This document shows positions 12,401-24,752 of a stretch of 64,000 nt of DNA, one piece after another (the first letter of the stretch is position 1; each line of letters opens with the position of its first letter). Origin of the DNA: Azolla caroliniana (lineage: Eukaryota; Plantae; Polypodiophyta); the NCBI GenBank assembly GCA_043228905.1, contig JBHGNT010000002.1, positions 12,152,001 to 12,216,000 on the forward strand, given 5' to 3'. Position numbers and translations under genes: made by a program. Below the pieces are notes generated by a model. The model was not told the DNA's origin and did no database searches. It saw only the letters and a list, made by a program, of their open reading frames with translations.

Positions 12401-14508
12401 TTTAAGAGGAATGGATGACCAATTTTCTAGCACATTTATCCAGTTATATTGTCACAACACATATAGTTATGTATAGGTAGGAGGGCATAAGAGCACAGTG
12501 TGAAAGAAATTTATTTCGAGATATTAGCTGAGTGTTTTTTTGCTCCAAATGCATGCACGTTACAAAACCATATGCCATTCACAAATGAAAGAATTATAAA
12601 AAGTACACACCGCTAGTGTTGCTGAAACTTCAGAGATTTGTTTTGAGACATTAAACATTGATACAAGAGATACAAAATGTTCAAAAATATATTAATATTA
12701 CTTACTGGAATATACAATTTGGCCTCTTTTGGAACAGGCTTGAATCCTGATGGTGGTTTATAAGATGGATTCAGCTTCATGCATTCTTCTGCAAGCAATG
12801 GAGATCAGTTACAAAAATTGCAAGCAATCAAAGTCATTCCATTGTCAAAAGAATGTGATCGCATGAAAATCACCAATAGCTATACGCCTTTCAAAGTCTA
12901 GTTGCTCTTGTCTCTGTCCCTGAAACAATTATTAAAGGCAAAAGTTAAGTTAAAACTCAACGAAGCTTGTCACCCCATGAGCATAAATTGCACTTGAGTT
13001 CTAGAAACTTTTGGGGTTCTGGATGATATAACGAACCTCTCTCATGTTCATACGGTGACCAAGGGAATCATAAAGAGGAGGGGGGGGAGGGGAGCAGGTC
13101 GTATCATTGTTGTCAATGTCCAAGTTTCCTGAATCCAGCTGTGCCACAAGTTGCTCTACACGAGTCTGCTTAAAATTTGTAGCACCACACAGCCAGCAAC
13201 ATCACTTAATGCACATTGCACCTGGATTATATTCATAAGCTGATGATGTCTCACCTTACCGCCCTGGCCCCTAACACCTATACCCAAGCCCATCATGCAT
13301 CATAACTATCTAGCTTAATACATACATACATATAGATAGATATCGTACACTTTCCCTATGATCAAACCAAGAATTTATTCTGACAAGAGAACCCCTTAAA
13401 GAAGAACAAGGCAAGAAAAAACCTTAATCAATATTCTCCAAAGGAAGGCATGAACCAAAAATATCATAAAAAGCATAATTAAATGGGCCAATGGTTTCAC
13501 CAAGCAAACCTGTAATGGAAGCACCCCTATGACTCTACAAAGAAAGCCATCAACAAACATAAGTGACCAAAAACTACAAAGCAGCAAGCAAACCTGCGAT
13601 GAAAGACTCTTATTTCTCTACATAGAAAGGTCTCAACAAACAAAAACATCAAAAGCATGATTGAATGTGAAAATTTAGTGTTTTAACAAGAAAATATATA
13701 ATGCAAGAACTCTTATTACTCAGAAAGCGGTGTAAACAAACAAAATCATCAAACGGACATTGAAGGTGGAAAACTTAGGGTTTTACAAAAAGGCTAACAA
13801 AAAAATTAACAGGTAAACCTATATTGCCACAGTACTTTTTTACTAGACAGGAAAAAGTGGGGAAAATAGAGTTTAGGAAGAAACCGTATAATGCAAATGC
13901 TTTTTTTACTCTACAAAGAAAGGCATAAGCAAACAAAATCATAAAAATATTCATTTAAGTGCACATTAGGTTGAAATGAAAAACCCATTTCTCCTCTACA
14001 AAGAAAGGTATTAGCAGACATAAGCGGCTAGAAATTGGGGTTCATCTATGAACTTCAGGCTTTCTAAGCCCACACAAAAGAGAGGCATAATTAGGATTTT
14101 CGCAAAGAAACCTATAAAGCATGGTAATAGTAAATATAAGTGAGAAAATTAGACTTTTCACAAAGCCAAGATAGAAGTAAAGATTTTACAGACAAACATA
14201 AAGCGGCTAAGTTTAGGGTTTTAGAGAAGAAAACCTGTAAAGCAAGAGATCTTCCTCTTCTAACATGAATATCTTGACTCAAATCAGCGCCCCATTTGGT
14301 CTTTCTTGATGGAATCTTCTGCAATACTTCTTCTTTCATGGTCTCTGTAGGATCCCGTTTACTATTATTTCTCGTAACTGGGACCAAACCTCCTGAAAGC
14401 TTATTCTTTGGTATGACAAAGTTAAGTTTAGATTTAGCCATCATGGATAATTTAGGATTTTCGTTCACCGTAGATATAATGTTAGAGCCAGTATTAGTAT
14501 TCTTAGTG

Positions 14509-14550
<42 letters not shown>

Positions 14551-14669
14551 AGGTTTCTATCGAGTGATTCCTGATCAACTCCAGTTACATTTGTGGATGA
14601 AGGAGTGACTGAGAATGTCTTGTCCTTCTCGCCTTCGATCGGAATAGAGGGAATGGAGGTCGCTTCCAT
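7496..14669 (-). CDS. SF1/branchpoint-binding-protein-like KH-QUA2 zinc-knuckle protein (At3g32940-type paralog), 11 exons, about 1051 aa
   Basis: All introns are GT-AG and the exons join in frame (3156 nt). Motifs: FVIPKNKLSGGLVP, RKTKWG, SPPPPPLYD..GHRMNMRE, KLYIP..YPGYNFI, EDLHVHI, QLREL.EMNGTLRD, CLLCGDGGHPTFDC, DKEYLNFLEEL, and C-terminal DPEYEKLMASVGVL. Confidence 0.9.
9566..9634 (-). CDS. SF1-like exon 10 (CCHC zinc knuckle)
   Basis: TTCAG acceptor, GTTTGT donor; VICLLCGDGGHPTFDCP. Confidence 0.88.
9966..10057 (-). CDS. SF1-like exon 9 (GTLRDS...TFQAK; degenerate first zinc knuckle)
   Basis: GAAG acceptor, GTATGT donor; 92 nt. Confidence 0.82.
10230..10284 (-). CDS. SF1-like exon 8 (QUA2: EDCNIQKMKQLRELGEMN)
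   Basis: CAAG acceptor, GTTAGT donor; 55 nt. Confidence 0.82.
10392..10520 (-). CDS. SF1-like exon 7 (…EDLHVHISAD…LLRPIN)
   Basis: AAGCAG (NAGNAG) acceptor, GTAAGA donor. Confidence 0.85.
11197..11250 (-). CDS. SF1-like exon 6 (ETGTKITVQGKGAVKEGK)
   Basis: ACAG acceptor, GTATGA donor; 54 nt. Confidence 0.88.
11331..11408 (-). CDS. SF1-like exon 5 (TKDYPGYNFI...MEA), start of KH domain
   Basis: TGCAG acceptor, GTAAGA donor; 78 nt. Confidence 0.88.
11605..11970. repeat. Diverged intronic tandem duplication (about 200 bp x2)
   Basis: CTCAAGTGC..GCATTAAGCATATCATATGT...ATAATCAGAGTTTGA...ATATAAATATGAAGA occurs twice. Confidence 0.75.
12706..12788 (-). CDS. SF1-like exon 4 (EECMKLNPSYKPP...KLYIP)
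   Basis: TGCAG acceptor, GTAAGT donor; 83 nt restores the frame. Confidence 0.88.
12874..12919 (-). CDS. SF1-like exon 3 (GQRQEQLDFERRIAI)
   Basis: TTTCAG acceptor, GTGATT donor; 46 nt. Confidence 0.82.
13037..13165 (-). CDS. SF1-like exon 2 (TRVEQL...SPPPPPLYD...MRE)
   Basis: GCAG acceptor, GTTCGT donor; 129 nt, SF1 helix-hairpin region. Confidence 0.85.
14235..14669 (-). CDS. SF1-like exon 1 (MEATS...RSLALQ)
   Basis: ATG at 14669; CAG|GTTTTC donor; poly-Ser encoded by (AGT)n. Confidence 0.85.
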
Positions 14670-14796
14670 AGTGCAGCAGGGTTGGTTAGTTAGTTAAAGG
14701 AAAAGATGGAGGCAGAGACCTCAATCAATCTTCTCCCTTTTTGGGAGACGATATGCGGGAGCAAGAAGGAGAAGACCGCTCGCTACTTACTATGTA

Positions 14797-14815
14797 ACTA
14801 CTACTACTACTACTA

Positions 14816-14872
<57 letters not shown>

Positions 14873-14974
14873 ATGGATGGATGGATGGATGGATGGTTTG
14901 TTTGTTAAGGGAAGAAGGGACAAAGGGGGAAAAGAGGGGGATGGGGGGGTCATCTTCAACGAAATAAAATAAAA

Positions 14975-15007
<33 letters not shown>
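14797..15007. repeat. Compound microsatellites (CTA)n-(CT)n-(GGAT)n and (CT)n in the 5' region of the gene
   Basis: Visible directly; (GA)n on the gene's sense strand. Confidence 0.95.
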
Positions 15008-15011
<4 letters not shown>

Positions 15012-15479
15012 AAAACACACAATTATATACATACATATATTATATTAATGAGTGTGTGTAAAAAACAGTATGTATGTAGTTAGAATAATGGGAGGAGGGA
15101 GTATGGTTGCCCACTAACTACACTACATGGGGTAGTGGAACATGTTGAATTGCCAATAATGGGGCACGCACGCACGCAGACGAACACTCCACTGAGGAAA
15201 GGACTTCCACTTGCTCCAATAAAGAAATTTGTCACATTGGTATTCCCTTCAACTTTTGTATATATGTTTTGACTCCATGTCTACCATCAAATACAAAAGC
15301 ATTGTGTGTACCCCAATTATGACACATTACTCAATACCTTAGAAATAGGAAAACAATCTCTATCTCTTATTTTGGGTCAACCTATGTGAATTGTGCAAAC
15401 ACCCACTGTCTAGGCATCAAATAACACCGTGATCAAACTTGCCAACTTTAAGAAACATAACTCCAAATTTGACAAGCAA

Positions 15480-17100
15480 CCGTACATTATATGAAACGAT
15501 GAGTACTATCTTCCATTTGAACAATGCAAAATAAGCAATCGCCCAAGTCGCTTTAGAGTTAATCTAAAAGGCAAACCCCCAATCAAAACTCTCCTAATGA
15601 GGACATTTGCTACAAGTGGCAATTTAGAATTCCAACTGCGTTTTAAGATCTACCACCATCCATGATCTGAGTTATGTATTTTCCACTCTTCTCCAGTCTT
15701 AGATGATAGGCATCGAAGAGAGTCAACGGAGCAATGATACAAAAAATTAGTAGTCACGCTTGTAAAAACGATGTTTGACCATGTAAACATCAATCAATCC
15801 ACGGTTGCTCGTCTATTTGTAAAGGTAAAGGACCTTGCATCAATGCAATATTTTCTAGTTGTTGCCAAATAAACCAATAATTATACGGGATGCATATTAA
15901 TCGTTGCACTTCAACAAACTCCAAAATTCTTTGAGATGGAGCCTCAACAATATCTCCCACCTCTTTAACCCCCATACGAAACAAACGATTAAACTGAGAA
16001 ACAAACGAAACAAACGATTAAACTGAGAAACAAACGAAACAAACGATTAAGCTCTCCTTTCTAGGACAACATAATAACATAGAAGACACAAGTAACTCTT
16101 GTTGCAAATAATTACAATGTTCTCTACTCGATGATGGTTTTTATACACGTAACAATAGCGCTTCTTGCCATGAGATAACCAAGTATTGAACACATGAAGA
16201 GCTAGGAATCTTATGTGAAATACATCCATTCACTAATTGCCACCATGAATCCTTAATCGTTGTCCTCCCATGTGTTAAACCCTTGTTCTCCATGAAATAT
16301 TAAGCAATAGATATCCATGGTTGTGAGTGTGAACACATGTCTTGCAACAATGAAAATCTGCAAACTATCATATGCATTGATAAGTCCAATATTCCAACTC
16401 CCCCTAAGCGCTTAAGGTTACTGGAAGACTCCACGCAACCCATATGATTCCTACCTTATCCCTCTTCCTCCACAACAAATACTGAAGAGGTTGTAAAACA
16501 AAATGTAAAGCCTTCGTTGTCTATGACAACAATGACAAGTAATATGGGTCCCATACATTGTATGACCTTCAAGTGTACATGAAATGACCAAGGTTGTGAC
16601 TTCCAATATATGAACTTATCCCTTAACTTACTAGACATCCATTCAATCATTTGACCATTTGTAACATTCATTCCTAATGGATACCACCCCAAGTGTTGAA
16701 AAAATAGAGTCTTTCCTAACCACAAATCCTTGCTATCCTAAACTTTCGAAATCCCTTTCAATACATGATATGAGACTAGACTTCCTCCAATTAATATATA
16801 ATCAAGAAGCCAATGTAAATTGGTGCAATATAAGCACCCCCTTCTCATGATTCTCTTGTAAAGCTCGTAGAGACATGAAAGAATCATCTACCAAAGCATG
16901 TGCTACTAGTTGCCCTCTAGATGGAAAGTGTAGACCCACAAATTCACTATTTGTTGCAATCCTTGATAACATCACCAACAAGGGATGAGTAACAATAGCA
17001 AACAACAATGGGCGTCCTTGACAAACAGATCTTGTGAGGCCAATAGCCATGTAATTCCCCCATTAAGCATTACTCAAGACACTACATCTTGTCATGATAA
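15480..17100 (-). mobile_element. Degenerate LINE (L1-like) ORF2 remnant
   Basis: RSVCQGRPL.LFAIVTHPLL...ALVDDS (RT motifs), YPLG...KLRDKFIYWKS; many stops; boundaries approximate. Confidence 0.75.
15978..16050. repeat. 29-bp tandem repeat x2.5
   Basis: AAACAAACGATTAAACTGAGAAACAAACG repeated. Confidence 0.85.
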
Positions 17101-17153
17101 AAATATGAGGTGAGACATATGTGGTCCAAAACCCATTGTATGCATTAACCCAG

Positions 17154-17620
17154 TGTCGCGGTATTCCCGCAAGTACATGTAGGAATGGAACAGGACCACC
17201 GGAGTCTCAGACCAAGGAGCTGTTGAGGGAAGAAGGTTGTCTAGATCGGCTTCCGGAAATCTTCGCTGAACCAGAGTCTGGATGACTTTGCTTGGTAACG
17301 TGTTTGCGATCCAGACCAACCTCTAGATGATGGGAACTAAGCACACGGGTTGAGGGGCGTATACGGTTCCGGACATGTTGCCGAAAGCAACAATGAGCTC
17401 AGGGGCTCACACTCTCGGGAATGCACGAGCAAACGAAAGGGGACAGAGATAAGGTCGCGGGCAGAGACAGGAAAGACAGAAAATAAAAAACAAAGAGGTA
17501 TCTATTAATCATAAATAGGAGATTACAACCAAACTCAGCCAACAAGAGGGCCTCGAGCTGCCAACACTCGCACACACTGACAATAGCCAACCTCCGATCG
17601 GGGGCACACGGGCTACCAAC
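17154..17620 (-). mobile_element. LTR fragment of the Trp-PBS gypsy superfamily
   Basis: Begins TGTCGCGGTATTC; about 230 bp are homologous to LTR 23180-23430; left flank CCAG. Confidence 0.7.
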
Positions 17621-17623
17621 ACG

Positions 17624-19590
17624 GGTAAAGGGGTTTCAACAGAAGAAGGCCGTGGACTTTGACGAGATATTTGCCCCGGTAGTAAAGATGACTTCCATCC
17701 AGACGGTACTAAGCATAGCGACGGGCATGTATCTCGAGGTAGAGTAGTTAGACGTGAAGACGACGTTCCTCCACGGCGACCTCGAAGAGGAGATCTACAT
17801 GCAACAACCGGAGGGATTTGTGAAGAAAGGGAAGGAGCACCTGGTTTGCCAGTTGAAGAAGAGCTTCTACGGTTTGAAGTAGGCTCCCCCCCGGCAATGG
17901 TACTGGAAGTTCGACTCCTTCATGACGGATCAAGGATACCACAAGACGTAGGCCGATCACTGCATGTTTGTGAAGAAGTTTGAAGATGGAGACTTCCTGA
18001 TACTCCTCCTGTACGTGGACGACATGTTGATCGTCGGACGAGACCAAGTCAAGATACGGATGTTGAAGAAGGCTCTGAACCGGACCTTCTCAATGAAAGA
18101 CTTGGGTCCAGCAAGACAGATACTAGAGATGCATATCATCCGGGACCGGTCAAAGAAGCAATTGTGGCTGTCACAGGAGAAGTACCTGACAAAGGTACTT
18201 CAGCGGTTCAACATGTCAGATGTGAAACCGGTCGGATCGACACTCTCGGCAAACTGCAGATTATCCGGTAAGCAAAGCCCGAAGACGAAGGTAGAGAAGG
18301 CGGATATGATGAAGATACCATATGCCTCTACCGTCGGAAGCTTAATGTACGCAATGGTGTGTACCTGACCAGATATCGAATACGCAGTCGGCGTGGTGAG
18401 CCGGTTTATGAGCAATCCCGGCAAGGAGCACTTGAATGCGGTAAAATGGATACTCTGATACTTGAAAGGCACCCCAAGTATGTAACTCCGATTCGGCTCC
18501 GGTAAACCCCAACTTGACGGTTTCACAGATTCGGATATGTCGGCTGATGTGGATACCAACCGGTCAACATCGAGATATGTTATGACATATGCAGGGGGAG
18601 CTGTTTCGTGGTAGTCGAGGCTGCAAAAGACAATTGCGTTGTCAACCACGGAGGCAGAATATATGGCGGTTGTGGAAGCCAGCAAGGAAATACTATGGAT
18701 GAAGGACTTTATTGAAGAGCTAAGGATCTGGCAAGAGGAATACCGGCTCTATTGCGACAGTCAAAGTGCCATCCACCTTGCGAAGAACGTAGCGTATCAT
18801 TCCAGGACGAAGCACATCTAGAGGAGGTACCACTGGATCCGGGAGAGAGTAGAAGATCGAGAGTTTGTGCTGACGAAGATCCACACGAAGGAGGACGGGT
18901 CGGATATGTTGACCAAGGTGCTAACGCCCGACAAGCTGGACGCATGCTGGAAGTGAATTGGACTAACCAGACATCCCATGCCGGAGTGAAGGGGGAGTTT
19001 GTTAGGATTTCAGTCCCTCCGGATAGGATGATGAAGGCCCAGTGAGAACCGGATGATGAGTACCCGACAAGGAAGACCCGGTGAGAACCAGATGTTGCAG
19101 GCCCGGTGAGAACCTCTCACCGGATGAAGGGACATATATGTAAATATGTTCCAGAGAGCCCATTGGGACTATATTTGTAAATAGCCCGAAAGTCATATTA
19201 GTATAAATATGACCTAGGGCAAACTCTTGCAAGAGTTTTCATTATTTTGTTGTATAGTGTTATTGAGTGTAACTGTTGTACAAAGCGTAACAGAGAGCGA
19301 GTGAGAGAGAGAGAAATAGAGTAAGTCTCTGTCGTAACCGCTGCCAGGCGAAGAGAGTGAGGACAAGGTCATTGCCTCTGTGTTCTTCATTGTATTCTCC
19401 TCATATAGTGATAGTTTGGAGTCTGTGGGCTCCTGTGGTTTTTCCCATTTAGGGTTTTCCACGTTAACATCCTATGCATTATCTTATGTTCGTGTACTTA
19501 CTTCCATTTCTCCATTTTTACTGTGTTTTATTATCATTAAGTGATCTAAGTCTCGGTTGTGGTCGAAGATTATTCCGCATATTCTCGTCA
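17624..19590 (+). mobile_element. Ty1/copia 3' half: RT-RNaseH, PPT, 3' LTR 19000-19590
   Basis: VKGFQQ..FAPVVK, LLYVDDML, ALSTTEAEY, HSRTKHI; PPT GAAGGGGGAG then TGTTAGG; LTR related to 47240-47929. Confidence 0.9.
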
Positions 19591-19840
19591 TGAACTTCCT
19601 CCCTTTCTTCAATAAGCCGTAGAGTAGCTCGACGATGTGTGCGTAATGGGGAATCCATATGTGGTAGAAGGCACCGCTTCTAGGAATCGTCGAACTTCCG
19701 TGACCGACCTGCATTCCTCCTTCATCGCTAAGATGGCCTCTACCATTGTCGGGGATGGTTTCCGCCCATAAGGTCCGCATAAGTGTCCAACCACTGACTT
19801 CTCCTTGGAGAAGATAAACTGAGCACCCTCAAGCCTCTAC
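19591..19840 (-). mobile_element. RT/RNaseH fragment of the Trp-PBS gypsy family
   Basis: VVGHLCGPYGRKPSP, AFYHIWIPHYAH match 32180-32791. Confidence 0.85.
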
Positions 19841-20133
19841 TGTCATGATTTGACAAGACTCAAACCCATAACCTTATGTTACATGGGTCAAGCTCTTGAC
19901 CATTAGACTATATGTTGTAATACGAAGGATATTATTTTCATTTAAATTTTACTATAGAAAATTGATGTATATTCCAGATTTCTCTGGAACATTCTAGAAA
20001 CTTCAAGAGTACTCCTGAGAACACTATAAAAGGAGGCACAAGGCATTATTTCAAACCAAATCAATTCAACACTAGTCTTAAGCCTCCAAGCCATCCTTGT
20101 ATATTCTTTTCACATAATATATCGTTGTCATCA

Positions 20134-20172
<39 letters not shown>

Positions 20173-21460
20173 TGTTCTACATCCTCTTTTCCTCTTAGTA
20201 CTAATATTCATCTCTTAGTACTAATTTCCTCTTTGTCTCAGTACTATTCCTGACAGTTTGATCCGATTTCTCACCTCTTTCCTCCTCTTCCTTTTATCTT
20301 CTTACGTTCCCTCCCTTCGTACTAATATCTTATTCCTCTTTCCTCACATCCTATGGCCATTGTCAACGCTCAAGAATATCAATCCGTTTTCTTGGAGCTG
20401 CAATGCTTGAAAGAGAAGTTCCTTGCTTTGGAACAAGAAAATCAACGGTTGTTGGGGGATCTTCAACAAATCTCCTTAGAAAACCAGTAGATGCAACAAC
20501 AACATGGGGAACTAGCGTTACGCATGCAACAACTTGAAGCAACCATAGTACTGATACAACAACAAGGACCCATTACACAAGGGATTCATAAAGAACCCAA
20601 GCTCGGCCTTCCCATGAAATTCGATGGAACACGATCGTAGTTTAGAGGATTCCTACATCAGGTACAATTAGTCATTCAAATGAATCCTTCCCGATATCCC
20701 ACCGATGCATCATGAGTGGGTTTAGTAGGCACGTTGTTAAGTGGCTCAGCTTTGGCATGGTTCGCTCCGTTGTTAATGATAGGGCGTATAAGACAGATGA
20801 TAGTCGTACACGATATGGGGGCTTGACCAAACCGATTAGATGGAGTTATGAATTATAATAGATTATATAGATCTAGGTAACTACGATTTAGAGAGGAAAA
20901 CTCAAGAAATTAAGATAAAAGGTAGGGAAGATGAGAAAGAGATAAGAATGTTACAATATTCCACTTCAAGTCAATCCAAAGAGGATAAACTCCACAATGA
21001 ACTTAAAAACCAAAGACCTTCTTACTACCCATCACTCAAACCCACTACTAAGGACCATCTTCTTCCACTAAGATACCTCTTCCTAAGACTCCTCTTCTTC
21101 TATTTGGACCTCCACTTCTTCTTTTATAATTTTCTTCTTCTTCCTTGTTAACGCTATGTCAAGGTGATCGTCTATCCTCCGCATACGCTGCATATTTCCG
21201 CCTACTCGCCTCCGATATCCTCTGGGATGACCAAGCACTAATGGAGCAATTTCGTTATGGTCTACGTAATGTTGTCAAGGATTTACTCTTGACCTTCCCC
21301 GAAGAACCAAGGTCATTGACAGTAGCAATCAGTTGCGCGGTGAGATGCGACAACCGTCTTCTCGAACGACGTTCGGAACATTAGTTCCAGTTGCCAAGGG
21401 CAAGATCGGACCCCACCTACGACGCAGTGGTAGCAAAACCTTTTCCTTGGCTAGTGTTCA
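19841..21460 (+). mobile_element. Chromovirus (Tcn1-like) 5' LTR 19841-20255 and decayed gag from 20353
   Basis: TGTCA...TGACA; gag EPKLGLPMKFDGTRS..LLSGSALAWF..WDDQALMEQFRYGL; interrupted at 20771 to about 21152 by an unrelated LTR-like insert. Confidence 0.82.
19987..20004 (+). promoter_or_regulatory. Perfect 4-unit heat-shock element upstream of the LTR TATA box (20025)
   Basis: GAAcaTTCtaGAAacTTC. Confidence 0.7.
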
Positions 21461-21469
21461 ATTCGAGGG

Positions 21470-22400
21470 GTTTCCGGGACTCGCAAGCGTGCACTCGACC
21501 GTTCCACAGGTACGATATGTTGAGGTCGGAACACTAGCCGAGGGGGAATGAAGCGGTTAATGGAGGAAGCCGCGACACGATATGTTGAGGTCGTCCACTA
21601 CTCGGCATTGACCGGGATCTGAGTAGGTGGAGAGAAGGGCACCGGCTCCAAAACCGACACCGGGTTCTGGCCGGTGGTGCTTCAAAGGTTCTCGGGAAAG
21701 AAGCTAAAGAAGGGGAATGTGGACCACATAGAGAAGTGGGTCCAAGAGGTCATAAGGTGGAGTGATCTGGTGGAGGAGAAGACCAACTTCGTGGAAGAGG
21801 CGTGCCAGAACTATGAGGTTCTAGTGGAAGACAAGTGGGCCGGAAAGGCCGGAGGGGCCGGTCCTTCGAACTGATACGAGACGCAAAACAACCTGAGGAA
21901 GGCGGATGTTGATTTGGTTGGCCGACAAAAGAAGGAAAGGGGAAAGGGGGAATTTTCCAAGTTTCCGACTAAGCTTGGAAATTGAGAAGACGGTTGACCT
22001 ACGAAAGGTCTTAGAGGAGCGGATCCTCAATAGTCAAGTGGAACTCATGTTGCGAGAACTGCTTGGGATAGTGAAGGAGTTCAACCACAACATCATCGAT
22101 CTAGTGAAGAGGAAGAGGCTGTCAACAAAACTAGAAGCAAAAAAGCTGGTCAAGGTGAGGAAGACCTTGATTGACATAGTGGCGGTAGAAGATGAATACG
22201 CCGAAAGCCACTACATGAAGCCACACTGGGCAAGAGCTACGATAGAGACACCGATCCGGATCGTTCACGTGCAGGAGCCAGTGGTGGCTGATCAACACTA
22301 AGCATGGGTGGAAGATACGTGCGGCGACCCACACAACGGAGTAGCTCCATGGTGCATGCCCGAACATAAGAGTGAAGATCGGTGATGTCGAAATTGACCA
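21470..22400 (+). mobile_element. Gag/protease fragment of the Trp-PBS gypsy family
   Basis: ERILNSQVELMLRELLGI..HWARATIETP homologous to 30380-30763. Confidence 0.85.
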
Positions 22401-23766
22401 ATGCTTCCGGGCCCCTTTACCACGTCGGCCGGAACCACACCCGACTTGAGCCACTATCTCATCTCTACCGTCTGTGTCGGAATCGGTTCCCTTAGCTTCT
22501 TCGCGGAAGTCGGGCCAACCAACATCGCGTCCTCGTTGTTCCATTCTTGCCGTTTATTGAAATGGTTGTAGATGTCCTTTACAACAGTCCAATCGGTTGT
22601 GAGTCCGCCATCCGTCTCCAATAGGAGACCAACATTTTTCCGATTCAACGGGTCGACTGACTTGATGAATAACAAGACTTTGCTCGTATCGAGCATGGTA
22701 TGGTCCAACGCTGAAAGGCGTGCGAATCGCTTCTCAAATTCCGGGAGAAGCACCAATGTGTTTCATCCTTTTTCGGGAGCTCAACCCACTCCATGAACTC
22801 CCTCTTAGACAACCTGAGCGAGTTGTCGAAGCCCTACCTTTCAAGGAGCCGCTCCTCAAGCTTCGACCAATTCTGGTAGTCGGCTTGTATTGCGAGCACC
22901 TCTACGTGAATGCTCGGCGTGACAACTCGGGGAAATCCGGAGAACCGCATGTCCTCTGGGATGTCTCGCATGAACATCTCGGCCTTATAGGCCTCCAAGT
23001 AGCTCAAGACGTCCATTTCGTTGAATCGGCCCGTTGTGCTGACTGTTGTTTCTATAGCCTTGTCAAGGCCACCTGTGCTCTCCCTCACATTCACTCTACG
23101 GTTGAAGACCACCACCATCGCCTTTGCAAGTTCGCTTCTACTCATCTTCAGACTTTCACGTCGGGTGGTTCACCAAAGATGTTGTGGTATTCTGCGGGTA
23201 CGTGTAATACTGCGGGTACGTGTAGGAACGGAGTGGGACCACCGGGGTCTCAGACCAAGGAGCCGGTGAGGGAAGAAGGTTGTCCGGATCGGCTTCCAGA
23301 TATCTTCGCCGGGCTAGAGTTTGGATGACTTTGCCTGATAATGCGTATGCGATCCGGACTAGCCTTCATATACCGAGAACTAAGCACACGGGCTTAGGGG
23401 CGTATACAATTCCGGACCTGTTGCCGGAAAGCACTTCGTCCTCCAAAACCGTGGATCCCTTTCTCCATCTTCTCTCTCTCTCCGTTTATAGCTCAAGGAG
23501 AGAGAGATAGTTACATCATATTGTCAAGAAAACCGCTTTCTGTCCTTGATTCTCTCCTCCACTCTCTCACATCATATCTTCTAATTCCTCTCTATACGTG
23601 TGGTACATTAAAGTACCCGTCTCAATCACTCAGCCTAGTACTTTAAATACTTTACTCATATTTATATGTATTTTTACACAAAGACATTTTCGTGTGCATC
23701 CGTGCACACCCCTGTTCACGCACATCTGGCTCCTCTTTCTCCCTATGCCCGGAATCCTTCAAGACA
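22400..23766 (-). mobile_element. 5' part of a Trp-PBS gypsy: LTR 23180-23766, PBS, gag
   Basis: Gag MSRSELAKAMVV..LSGFPRVVTP; PBS TGGTGAACC(ACC)CGACGTGA; LTR ends TTCAAGACA followed by CTGG. Confidence 0.82.
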
Positions 23767-24497
23767 CTGGAAACAAAGGGCTAATTAACATGATCATAAG
23801 CTTTCTCCAAATCTAATTACACCATAATCACTTCTTGATGAGTATGTCGTGCATAATCCATAGCCATTTGAACATTTAACACATTATGCATTACGTTATT
23901 TTGTGCCGCTTCATCATAGAGTCTTCTTGCCCAACCTTTTTGTTAGTAGTGTTTGTAGTAATGGGTGTAATCTCCCCCTAGGTCTCCGGTTTCACTTCTG
24001 CTACTGTAATGACATGTGCCCATACTTCCGCCCGCGCAAGCAAGCAAGCAAGAGGCAAAGAATTAGCAATGTCCACAACCTCGGTAGCGTAGCAAGATCT
24101 TCCAGTGAGTGTTGAATAATCAATATTCCTACCCTCAATAAAACCATATATGGGCGAGATGTATCAACTTTGTGTTGTGGGGTTAGGGTTGGGGTTGATG
24201 ATTATGATGATAATAGGGTAGTGATGAGGATGGAGATGGTGAAGATGTTGAGAAGCATTGCAGGGTGATAACATGATTGCGATGTGCATTGAGACGCATT
24301 GCGGGGTGAGGGGTGGTGCCTAGAATGACTCCACCCCCTCCCAAGGGGGTTCAATGTAAGGGAGGGCGAGAGAGAAAGAGAACGTCAAGGAGAGAGATAA
24401 ATGAGAGAGAACTTTTTTTTTCATTCATTCCCCCACGAGGGATTAAATAGTTACAATAAGATTAGATACATAGGGGCACATGCCCCTATAGCTATCT

Positions 24498-24752
24498 TGT
24501 TGAGCGGACAAGCTCAACTGGATCTGGATTGGTTGAATAAGCCATAGTCGGATCGGAGTCTGGAACGAAGAACCGGATCGGAGTCTGGAATGAAGAATCA
24601 GATCGTAATGAAACCGGTAGGCCGTTGGAGGCCTACGGCCCTAGCCTAATACGTAGGCATATTTTTGGGAGTCTATGTCTGATGCTTTGTATGAGCATTG
24701 AAGTACATATTAGTACTTCTGTCAGTCCTTAGAAGGAATTGGATAAAAGTGC
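24498..24752 (+). repeat. Partial copia LTR inverted relative to the adjacent LTR 24765-25174
   Basis: TGTTGAGCGGACAAGCTCAA... is the reverse complement of ...TTGAGCTTGTCTACTCAACA. Confidence 0.8.

Noticed and set aside
13075-13095. Possible frameshift in the poly-G run of exon 2
   Set aside because: Counting the bases gives in-frame SPPPPPLYD.
14706-15032. ORFs with poly-SL/ER/Y runs
   Set aside because: They are translations of microsatellites.
20256-20265. Tf1-like self-priming site (GTTTGA vs TCAAAC at about 20051)
   Set aside because: Only 6 nt of complementarity; too weak without a family consensus.
17154-23766. One element bounded by LTRs 17154 and 23180 with TSD CCAG/CTGG
   Set aside because: Attractive because both could derive from CCGG, but the LTRs align over only about 230 bp and are quite diverged; not asserted.
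24175-24200. GGGGTTAGGGTTGGGG as telomeric or G-quadruplex element
   Set aside because: Too short and irregular to distinguish from low-complexity sequence.
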